Assembly (NCBI GenBank): GCA_900088475.1
Contig: FLMG01001584.1
Span: 41,010-105,009, forward strand
DNA: 64,000 nucleotides
Source: Hyphochytrium catenoides
Taxonomy: Eukaryota > Protista > Hyphochytriomycota
Direction of reading: 5' to 3'
Of the stretch, positions 12,301 to 24,300 are shown in pieces (the first letter of the stretch is position 1; each line of letters opens with the position of its first letter). Both the position numbers and the translations under genes were made by a program. Under the pieces are notes generated by a model that searched no databases, had not been told where the DNA came from, and saw only the letters and a program-made list of their open reading frames with translations.

Positions 12301-15300
12301 TTGAAACCTGCGAAAGCCGCTTGGAGTTTCAGGCTAGGGAACCGAGAGAAAGAGAGGACAGAACTGAATCCACTATACGAAGTACTGATGCCCAGATAGA
12401 GTGCGGGAAGGCCCTTGACGACTACCGGTCTAGAAAACACCACTTGGAGTTGGAGTTTTTCTCCGGTAGAGTATACCCCCGAGGGTGATAGAGATGAGAC
12501 AGCGAGCACCGACGGGGGTGTACTGTCCAACTTCAGCTGCGCACTGTCGCTCAAAGAGTTTGCGCTGCCGGGAACTACCGTCGTGGCGACAAATAAGGGG
12601 TATTCGCATGACAATAGGGAAAAAGGGTACTGTTAGGGACACAACAGACGCAAAAGTCAAGCTTGCGCAAGTATAAAGAGCAATACTACAGACCAAGGCA
12701 GGACCAACCATGCGAGCTGCTCCCCGGGGAAGCGACGAGAGGCAGACGAAGCACCAAAAGGATTGACATAGGAGGACCCTAAGACAGCATCAGCAACTTC
12801 TTTGCCAAACGTCTCACCTGGACATCTTAGAATGGCATCCAATACTGGGACTTCAGTCTTCTTCGTGATCCTTCCTCCGTGAAGCCTGAGGGGTTCGGTG
12901 TACCTCTGAGACGAGGTAGACCTGTCATCTACGACATCGAGCCGGCCTGTTGCGTCACGGAAAGAGACGATGTATCTGCAAGAACGAGGTGATGATGGCT
13001 GAGAACAAGGATATCGCGAGAACCAAAGACTTTTTATCACGGTAAGCGGGGACCACAATAGAGGCAAGCAGGGCTCACAAAAGCTATAGAGAGACAGAAC
13101 TAAGGTGCGGCAAAGAAGGGACCCTACAGTGGATATTTAAGGACAATCCACATAACAAAAGGGACTTGTATAATATTACATACAAAACGGGGACAGGCTT
13201 CAGAGTTACAGAGTATCAAGACCACGTACCGAAACCTAATAGTATCAGTTCCATTTCCTTCAAAATAGTCCGCATAACCGACTCTTTCTTCGGCGACAGA
13301 AAGGGCGAGGGATGGGAGTCCATAGATAAGCACAGGAGCCGAGAAAACCACCCCAAGAACTAGACGATCGCCAGCAGAAAAGGTTCCGGAGGTATTGAAG
13401 CTCATTAGGCTTAGCACCTAGCATATAAGCAAAGAATGCATGGAAAGATTATAACGATTTGCTCCTCGCCAGTGTTCCAAAACCTGCTGTGACTCCCAGT
13501 CCCCAGTCCCTGGCCGATGCATGTTCTCTTTCTTAGCCTATGTCGTCATTGGTGCTCTTACCTCTGGCTGTGTGGTTTGAAGCTCTATGTGTCTTGTCCC
13601 TCCAAGGGAATTTGCTGATAGTCCACAAGTCAGATAACTCTCAGACACCTTCAACTAAAGCTGTGGCTTCAATCGCCCCAGAATTCTCAAAATACGAGAG
13701 TGATAGCCAAACGAATGATAGACAATGTAAGGTCTAAGATAGCTATCATGATAGAAATACCTGAAAGCGGAGGCGGCAGATTAAGGTCCGCATCAGTGAC
13801 CGGCAAGGCCGATAATCGGCGGATCATTGCGCCATTTAGCGACAGAGACAGACTGTCTTTGTACTCCAACACGGGTAGCTGATCCGAGGTGCGGACTGCA
13901 TAGCGAAACAAAAGAACCGCCGTGCCATTTCCACCTACATAATAAGCGCGCCGGCCGCTATCTCCTTTCTCCTTAGGGTAAATCGTGATGACGCTTCCAG
14001 TAAGCGCAACAAATGGAATCCCTGCACCAAGAGGGGGCGGCACGTGTTAATTCAAGGCAGGGCACTATGGACACGACGTGCCGCCAGCTTTTGGGGGAGG
14101 GGTGTCTCCTTAGGGAAAAAGACGCTTCACAAAGGTAGCGTATGAGCACTGAGCAAATATGATTGTGCGGATGGAGGAGTCATGTATAGCCAAGAGGTTG
14201 AGGTGTCAAGAATCAAGAACACTCATAGCAATCGATGGGAGGATAAGAGAAAATAAGTTACCTTGGCCCAGCACTACGACGGGCATAGAAAATGTGATGG
14301 TGATATGGATTACATCGCCATAGCCATAAAGGCCATCAGGGTTGAGGGCGGATACCCGGACAACAGCCGGAGGGTTCGTGTCGACCACGACGAGGGACTG
14401 GGAGAGGGATCGCGGATCTGACAGAGAGGGCGAAGGCAAAGGAAGCGTGGCCAGTCGTGTGCCGAGGTCATCCCATAGTTCAACTCCTTGTAGCTCCAGA
14501 GCACTCGTAGATGCAACATCTAATGACGATGCGACTGTAGTATCTCCTATTTGCAAAAGAACGACGAGGCAAGCTTAAGGACAAGCTCCACAGCAGCTAT
14601 GTGTTTCTTAAGGGAGAACTGTTAGCAAACAGAACTGGATACAGAAGAAGTATACATGGAGTAGAAATGATAAGTAGTGGGAGAGTATGGCGTCAGATGG
14701 CGTAAAATAGCTGAGAGATATCTCCTACCTGGCTGTACCACGTATTTGAATTCGAGAGTATCAACGGCGACAGGAGGTACGCTCCGTAGAAGGGCCAATC
14801 GACCATTAGATAGTTGTAGACGGGGCCATAGAAATGAGAGAGGAGTCCATACCCTCTGCGCTGAATCGAAAAACTGATGCAAAGAGAGCGCAGGGTTAGT
14901 CGGCCTATTTGGGTCGAAGGACCACCGTTTAATCCTTGATTATGTCTTTGCACACTCTTTGACTTTATGGCTGCTCACTACTCTCAGCTCTCGCTTGTGT
15001 CATAGCCCATTCTTTGAAGCAATTCGCCGCTACTAGCAGTAGAAGGGTAACGAATGGCAGATGACATTTCCCTCAATTCATCACCCTTTTCGTACCTTGA
15101 TTTGAATCATTCTAGTTCCATGGGGCCCCTCCTCCTCCCACACTGCCAAGACTGCATCTCCGCTCGATCCCAAGAAAGGACAAGCAACTGACCTTTCTGG
15201 ATCGACATTCAATGGTCTTCCAATCGTCCAGAAATCGTCTTCTCCCCCTTCTTCCATATCCAGCTCCTGATCCCAGGATAGGCTACCATCATTCCACCTT

Positions 15301-18300
15301 GCTACCCGCAGTCTAGGACTCCCCCATGGAACAGAGCTATCCAGATAGGAAATATATAGAGAAGATCTAAACTCAACTAGTGACGGGGAGAAAAAGCGTG
15401 AATCAAACACCGTCGAGAAAGTAGCACTTGTCGTTGAAGATTCATGTCCAAACTGAGGCGTATTGACGGCTAGGGAAGACAGCAAGAGCCATTCCTTGTC
15501 CCCTTCGTTTCTTGATAGAGACGCAGCCCATATCAGAGAAGATCCATTTACTTCCTGTTCCTTCCAAGATAGCAGAAGTCGGGCGTCGTCTCTCCCTTGC
15601 CTGGCTGTGTATAGACGAGGATGGGCAGAATACGATGAAGCTGACATTGCCAGCCCTACGGAAAAAGAAAGAGAACTCTTTCGGTAAGGGACATGAAGAG
15701 ACAAAGTAAAGCAGTGGCCAGAAGAAGGAGGGCATTACGGCGGTGGCAAAGACAGTAATGGCGAAAAGCAAATGACCTAAGCTCCACAGCCAGCCTGTGG
15801 CTCTGATACTTCCCACTTACCGCCCTCGTCTCTTAGTCCTCTATCCATCCTTCTCCAATAGGGAAGAAGAGAGCCCTCTTCATGTTCTGAAACTCGTATA
15901 ATGACCCTAGGACGACTTGACGAAGAAGGAGATGTCGTGCTGGGAGGGAGTAGCTGAGACCATGCTAAATAAACTCTATTTCTGTAGATAGAAAGTGACG
16001 GAGAGAGAGCAGAAAGGCGATCTTCTCCTTGCAATCCCGCACTTCCTTCACCGCCGTCTATGAGCTTCCAGGGGAACTGTATGGGTCTAAAGGATTTTAC
16101 TCTAACCTACGGATGAGAGCGGCATTAAAAGAGGATCAAGCCAGTTGCAGGAAGAGAGCTCTTTAATTTGTAGCTTCTTAACCACGTAAGGTAAAATTCA
16201 ATTCCTTAGAAGCAAGCTTGAAGGAACTATGTGCGACGCCGGTATGTACATTACATGGGTTAACATTAGATGGGTTCACCACAAAGGAGAGAAGGCCAGA
16301 AGAGGACGTGAGAAGGCCAGAAGAGGACGTTAATCTAGAAAAAAATAGGTCCACAGAATGTAGCCCGAGTAAAAGGGCCACAGGTCCACAGAATGTAGCC
16401 CGAGTAAAAGTCTCTTACCCTAGAAACTCCAAGGGGATTTCGTTCTTCCCAAGCGCAGTATATTATTCCGTTATGCGAGGCTAAAGTGGGTGACGCTGCT
16501 GCTCGGGACGAATAAACATTCAATCCGGTCACGCCTGCTCCGTCTAGGGACTGCCAGCTTCCTGCCAGGAATTCAGGTTAACTTAACAGAAGCTCGAAGA
16601 TTTAGCATTACTAGCTGTCAACAAGAAATAAAAAGAGCATACCAGGGGTAACACAAAAATGCAAACGCCAAGCTCACCAAGCACTAGATTATAGAGAGAC
16701 GCTCTGACTTGCGGCACGCCATCTGCACCAGGCTCAACCCAAGCAACAATTGGGTTGTCCTCATGCAAGGCAATTGTCACGTCACTTGCTGTTCTCGCTG
16801 CGTCTCTATTAACTCTATCCGCAAGTCCTCCACCCACGAAGGAGATTGACGTCGAGGTAAGAAGCGCCGCTTGAACGTGACTAATTCCTGGAGTGGAAGT
16901 TTCTTCTGTCCAGACTAAAAAGACACTAGACGGCGACAGGGAAGTTAGAGCTACGAAAGACGGATGCTGTCCATCTTTGTCCTTTTCTCTGTTAACGCCT
17001 ACGACAACCTTCACCTTCCGTCGGAACTTGGCGGCAATGTTTACTACTTCCCCCGCTCCATAGGTTCCTGGGGCCAAGTTTGTAACCCAGACTTTCTCGG
17101 TCACAATAGGCGCTAGATGTATGGAAAAGACGAATGCAAAGGAACAGCCGTTAAGTGCAGCCCGGCTGATTTATTTTACGGTCCGCTTTTGCCCCCAACT
17201 TTCACTCTTTCTGTGATCAAAGGATGACAACTCCCTTACCTTGAGTATCAATACTCCAGGAGACTTGGTTCGACAAACACTTCCCTACCGTGAATGGAAG
17301 CGTCATATCCGCATCACCCTTGGGAAGAGACGAGGAATCCAATATAGAAACAATACCGTCTCCCGTGGGAAGAGAGGAAATAAGAGCACCATTGAGCGAG
17401 AGGGCAGAGGGAGAGGAGAACTCAAGTTCAGCAACATTATCTCCTTCTCTGATCGTGTACCAAAATGTTAGTAGCTCATCAGTACTTTCTCCTTCTTGAA
17501 ATATTGCATCTCCATTAGTGTTCATTTTGATGGTCGGTGTGCCTCCTTCGACCGCCACTTTCTTACTCATCTGTAGGGAGAAGCTTAAAACGCCTGGAGG
17601 AGAAGTGAGCGAAGCCAAGTAGAAGCCTTTGCCGTACACTCCTGCAGGTGCTGACGTAAGCACGGCAATCACTTTTGGAGGCCGGGAGTCTATTGTAATA
17701 GCACTGCTATCCTCCAGTCTCTGCAACGAGATGGGAAGGGGGAGAGAAACATCTGCTTCTGTTTTAGGGTTCATAGAGAGGCGAAGAATTGCTCCCTCAT
17801 TGACATCCAAGGAGGCACCTGGAGGACAAGAAAGAGTCCAACGCTGTTCATCGGACGGAACAACGAAGCGAAAGTTGACACTGCGGCCCTCCTGAACCCT
17901 TCTTACTGATCCAAACAGGGGATCACAGTCTTCCTCGTCGGGAGGGTTGAAAAAGGGAGAGACAGGTTGTAGAGCATGTAGAGGGAGATGCGATGGTGAT
18001 GGCGCAAACGTGACGGTGTAGCGAAAGCCACCTACAGTTGGAGAAGAAGTCACGGTAACAGTCCCGCCGAGGGATGCAATGCTCGCAAGACGAGAGAGCT
18101 CCTCCAATAGAGCTCCATCTTCTCCCGAAGCTTTGTCATATTTTATACATCGGGTAACTTCATTTCCATATTGGAGACGATACTCTCCAGATACGGGAGT
18201 TGAAGGTAAGTAAAGAGTGAAGGGCGAGGGAGATAAATTGGGGCCAATTTCTATCACTTGCACTAAGCCAGCGAGAGAATACTCGGCTTCATGGCCAAAG

Positions 18301-21300
18301 GCAAGCGGAAGAAGAGGAGAGCCCCGAACCAGTACCGGGGCGGAGAACTCCGCGACAATGTCCACAATCTCTCCCGGTATTACCTCGGGAGAATCGGGGT
18401 GACGACTGTAGATCCTCTGAATGTACGGCGGCGTTGTGTCGATCTTAAGCCTGTGAGAGACCGAGAGGGATTCAGGACTTCCTGGTGTTGGAAGGAGTAG
18501 AAGAGCTCTTTGTCCCACCCATCCGCCCCTCGAGAGAGAGGAATGAGAAGCGGACAATATACTGCCGTATGGCGTTGCAAGAGAGAGTGAAGGATTTCCA
18601 ATCTCCACTGGGTCTGCCATGTCACCTTCCCTGACAGTGTATGCGAAGGTGAGAGCCTGAGTGTTGTTCCCTTCTGTATAAGTAGCGTTACCAACATTTA
18701 GAATTAGTATTGGCCTTCGCCCTACCACCCTTACTTCGCTCGTCCAATGGACGGTGATTAAAAGGCGATCCCCGGCTGCGTAGGTGCCATCTGCTAAGGA
18801 AGTGGAGAGATGTGACACTAGAGGAGGAGTAGGGCTGTGAACATTGGCGGGAGTAAGAGCAGGTAAAGAAGTGTCACTACCTGAGGAAGGAAGGCTAAGA
18901 AGAGCGTGTTGAGGGGATAGAGTTGATGCGCGCCTGACATCACCGGCCAGCGAAGAGGAAGCGGGATAGGTAAGAAGCTGTGTCGAGTCCAACGGTTGTA
19001 CCTCGTATATGAACGAAAGGGTTTCGCCTTGAACCCATTCGGGTAGATAAACACTATTTACCGTCAAAGCGGGGCCATCCAGACAAGATGGACAATCTAA
19101 AGGGAATGATGAGCACTCTGGACCCGGAGAGAGAGCAAAAACTCGACCTTCATCAGGATCTCGTCCCTCCACGACGAGTGATGACGAACTTGACGAAAAC
19201 GTTATGTAGTACCGACGTGTGAAAGGCAAAAAAGTTGAGTCCACGCTTACGCTCACGTCCATGTCGGCATCCAGCAACTCCTGTAGAATAGATTCCAACG
19301 ACACGGAGGCAGGCAGAGAGGGCAAAGAGGAAGCAGGAACATTCCAGTCTACGCAAGAAGAAAACCCCTGGTCCCCATACAGGAGCTGGAAACTCCCTGT
19401 TTCTGCCCTGACATCCACTGTTTGGATGGTGGCGACCGGTGGGGCACAGCTGTCGTCCCACTCCGGGATAAGCGGAGCAAGAGGAGGAGATACGAAAAGA
19501 ATAGTAGTCCTTAAACCGTTCCCATAGGTCTGGATATTCACCTCCTTTATTCCTATGGTTCGGAGTTCTGAGATGGCTTCCAAACGCTCTCTCAAAGAGG
19601 AAGGCGATCGGCTCTCCGCTAATCTGTAATCTATGCATGCGGAGAGACTGGACGAGTACCTTAGCCGGTATTCCCCATATATTAGTCGCCCAGGTCCTTT
19701 TACGCCAAAGTCGATTATCTGCAAAGTGCTACCTCGAGTGTAGACCGCTGTACCTAACGAAAGGGGAAGAGTCGGAGAGGAACTGGCAGGGACAGTCACA
19801 GAAGATGAGAATTTTACAGCTATCTCCAGAATCCCTGGCTGCGGCTCTTTCTGTTCTTTCTCTCCCTTGTCTCTGTTCACCAGGATTGTCCACCAACAGT
19901 TGGGGGGAGCACAAGAATCTGAGGGGTTAGAACATCCCTCGTAGTCAACTTGCAGTGCCAATATAGATTGAGAAGGGGAAGCAAAAGTAATATGGTAGCG
20001 GTGAGTTGTCACCCATTGAGAGGAGAAGCTCTCTTTGCTGACAGAGACTGATAGAGCCAGGGAAGAACTGGCTTCCAATGACGTCTTCACGGAAGCTGCT
20101 GAGTCGTCCCAAGCAAGGCATTCCGTGGGTATTCCCCCATAGAGTAAACGGAAGGTGCTTCCGGCTAATGTCGCAGATGGACTGGAAGACAAGTCTACAG
20201 TTTGAATCATGTCCTTTTCTGAGTAGAACGGACGAGGGTTAAGGATGGAAACTGCTACTATAGATGGTGGAGATGTCTCGACGACAATCTTGTGAGAATA
20301 AGAGAGGCTCCCCGCTCTGCCAGGATTGGGAAGATGCAGCGAGGCAGAACGAGAAGGGAGGAAAGCTCCTGCTCTAATACAGTCAGAAGTAAGAGAGCTC
20401 CACTGGGAAATGCTAGAGGCTATTGCGGAAACCGCTCTGTAGACCGCGGCTCTTGCAACTTTTCTGGAGGTGTCAGGCTGGTATTCCTCGGACCAAAGGA
20501 TGTACGTGCGGTCACCGTCCTCGAAACCTTCGGAGCTAACAAGCGAAGACGAGCTTGCACCCATGTGTGGGAAGAGGTTGAGTCCTCCTTCTTCACCTCC
20601 GGGAAAGACCACAGAGCTAGAGTCCACGAAGCGAGATATTGTTGTCGCTTCTCCAAGGTCGAATTCTCTGACCCTTACCCTCATTGGTATGCTGGGGTCA
20701 GAGGCTTCCTCCCAACTTAAAAGTAAACTCGTATCGCCCTTTCCTACGACCAGAGAGGGTGCTCGAGCAACTCCATTCCTGTCCCAGTTTAGGCCCTCCC
20801 CCATGTCTAGAGAAGACAAGCTGAAGTCCCTTTTATTGTAAGCTGATAGGTGAATGACGGAAGAGCCTAATCTTTCTTCTACCCAGGCCAAGAAGAGTAA
20901 CTCTGCCGTCTGCGCCATGGTGGGCTCCATGGCAGAGTGAGAATTATCATGGTTGAAGCTTTCTCCGTCTGGAAGGACAGGGAGCCATCTGTTTGGACCG
21001 GAATGGTAGGCATATACCCTTACCTGTTTAGCCCCGGGGATCCCTCCAATCTCTTCTTCCCAGGCACAAAGGAGATTTCCTTCTTCATCTCTAATAGAGA
21101 GGACCGGATTTCGCGCGTTTGCGGATGGGTCATAATTTAATGGTGCCCCGAAATCCCTGTGGAGAAACCTCCAGGTATCGCTGTGAACGGTCCAAGCAGC
21201 TACACGGATCTGCTCGACTCCGGCGCCCGACTCTTCTGTCCAAGTCACATACATTACTCCGTCCAAAGCTACAGCTCTGGGACTCTGAGCACTTCTTAGT

Positions 21301-24300
21301 GGATTTAGATTCACCCCTCTTCCTCCCACCCCTCCATCTATCGAAGTCCAAGAGGGTTCGTTGTTATCATTGTTATATTGTGCCACTCGAATCTGCCAGA
21401 CACTATCAATGGGGTTCCATTCGTGCCAGATAGCCATCAAAGTCGGGGTCGTAGGAGAGGATACAGGAGAAACAGACACCAATCGCAGTCCTCCGGCAGG
21501 TTGAGAGCTGTCAATAGCAAGAGAAGATGAACCTGTCACATCACTCCAGCTTGGACCCAGGAGAGATGGATCGAGTTGGACTGAAACACGCAGCAGAGAT
21601 TGACCTCCAGCCACTTCTACTCTTCCAGCATATAGCAACCCCATATGCTCGACACCTGATACCGCCACTACGGAGAGAGACGACGGCGTGAGGAGGGGCC
21701 CCAGATAGTCCAGACAGACGAGAGAAAAATGCCCTGCATAATCCAATGTTGGGGAAGAGTCTCCTTCCTGCACCTCATAAAGAAAGCGGAGTTCTTTGGG
21801 TGACATTTGACGATATAACGGCAGAACCGTGTCATATTCTTTGCCGGTTCTTATGGCTAAAGACACCTGACCGTGACTGCTGGGAGTGATAGACACAGGA
21901 GACGAGAAAAATACGGATATCGGAATGATCTCTCCCACTCCATAGGTTCCACTCGGTATGCTGCTATTCACCGATGATATAACTGTGACGGCGTTTGCAA
22001 TGCTTATTCCGAACGTCGGGAAGAGACGCAGCGGGGTCCCTGACAGACTGCGGAGGAGTGTCCGAGCTTCAGTGGTAGTAGACGCCTGCACTATTGATGC
22101 GCCTAGTGAAATGGAAGTGAAGAGAATGGTTTTTCAGGTAAGCTAAGCTGCTTCCAATGCGATCGAAGGCCAGGCTGAAGCTTTGGATAACAACAAACGT
22201 TAACCTCAGGTGAAATACGAGAGGACTAAGTGCACAACGTGTTAGCTAACTTACCTGAGGGTAACTCCAGAGCAGTGTCGCCTTCAACATCCACTACTGG
22301 TGCACTGTCTCCCAGATTCACCATGTACTCAAATATGCAAGTCCGGCCCCCTTCCATTCGAGAAAATGGTGCCCTTCCGATCCGTCCTCCCAGCCTGAGA
22401 GACATCACAGGAGCGCCTATGGTTCCAAGAAGCGTACGTCAATAGGTATTACTATCGAGAGAAGGCATCCTGCTGAAAGCTGGGCGACAGAAATGAAATC
22501 TACATTGGGAAATATGGGCCAGCACAGGACTTGACATCTCAAAGGGACAAGGTCGTGGGAGAAGGGTAGAGGTTCCAATATAGGAGAGAAAGGAACTTTG
22601 GGTTTTAAACCTGTGACATCAACGTCGGCCTGGAACACCACAGCTATCGGGATTATTTGCCCTGCAGTGTAAATCCCGTCCGGGACCAATGGGTAGAGCT
22701 CCTCCACAGCGTTTACGGTGGGGCTTAGAGTGATTGCGGACAAAGATGCTGCAGGCAAGAGCAGCTCCGCGTGGGTCATTGGAGAACCAGACGCCTTCTT
22801 GATGTATGTATCCTCAATCGAGCCGTAGAGAACTGTTAGCCCTCGAGCACCCTCTACGTCGAGTCCCACAACCGAGTCATATTCTGTGACCTGAAACCGA
22901 AAAAGGAGCGTATCCCCTTTATCAGCTCCAGCTCCGTCACTAGTAGATAGCGACGACGATGCAAAGTCACTGAGCAAAAAAAATGGTGCGTAGGCATCCT
23001 CCCGAGGAAGGTCCAGGCGTATGGCTGGCGTTCCGCCTACTACCACTTCTGATGAGAAGCGGACGCGGATCACTATGTCGTCTCCAACGGTGTAAATGCC
23101 AGGCCGTGTGACAAAGGAGACTGAGAGGACAGAAGGTGGTGTGGTATCCAGCGATATTAAGGAGGGAGAACTAAGAAGCCCTCCAACATCAGCACCCATC
23201 GGCAGCGTGAGAAGAGCGCTTGTCGTTGGTTGGTCTGACTTCCTCTTAACCTCAAAGTTACCTGAAATAAAAGCTGCTCTGTTCAGCACATCCACGGCTC
23301 CTATAGTATCCCCTGGCATCACTCTAAAACGAAATCGAAGAGTGGACGAATCACTACTGGCAACATAATCTGCCCTTCTTGACCCTGGACCATACAAGGA
23401 GAGTGCTGGAGAACCTGAGTACTCGTTCACAGCCACAATAGTCCTGCCGCTGTACACCTCAAGCGTGTGGAGAATGTCTCCTTCTACCCTGTCCACAGTG
23501 AGAAGCTGGCCATCCAAAGTAAATTGCATTCCTTGAGCGTTATCAGTCGTGAGCCCATGGGAGGAGAGCGAAGGAGACCCGGAAGGGAGTGTAATGATCG
23601 TGCTTCCACTGGCGGCTGTGACAACGGAAGTTCCGGGTGGCAAGATTGAGGCGGTTCCTGTTCGGACTAGGATGAAAGGGACAGATCCTAAGCCAGGAAC
23701 AACGACGACAGGTTCAGAAAAAGTAACAGCTAGCTCCACTATGTCACCAGCGTAGTATGGAAGGAATGAGACAGAGGTAGACGCAGAGGAGGGCTTCACA
23801 CTTGTGATGTGAGGGGGTTGTGTGTTTAGACTGAGTTGGTGGTTAAAGGAAAGACTGCCTGTTGAGTTAAGGGAAGAAAGAAATTGGAACGGTCAGTAGA
23901 AGTATCCGGCCGGTGTCTCTTTCCCTCCTCACCCCTCTTATGCAAGGACCATTAACCACACCCATTTGCTTGCCATCTTTGACTTCCAGGGCTGCCCGTC
24001 CTTGTTAAACTGTATATCCTTCTTCACATCAAGTTCTTCGTTCTCTATCTTACTCGAACTCTAGTTGATCATAAACCTATAGAACCCTTCCGACCCTTTA
24101 TTTCAGATCATTCCTCTGTTCCCATTCTTTTCCACAGGGCATCGTTAACTGGCTCTGTTCCTCACTCTTTCTGTAACGACCCCAATGTCTACTCGTCGTC
24201 CCATGACCTCTATATGAAGCCACAGCGGACTCTATTGAAGCAGAGTTCTCTATTTATATACCTGGCGATCCTGGCGTGGGAAGGAGTAGATTGGCTGGTG

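Noticed and set aside
16289-16410. CRISPR-like direct repeats
   Set aside because: Only two copies each, no unique spacers of regular length, no cas genes, and an intronic eukaryotic context.
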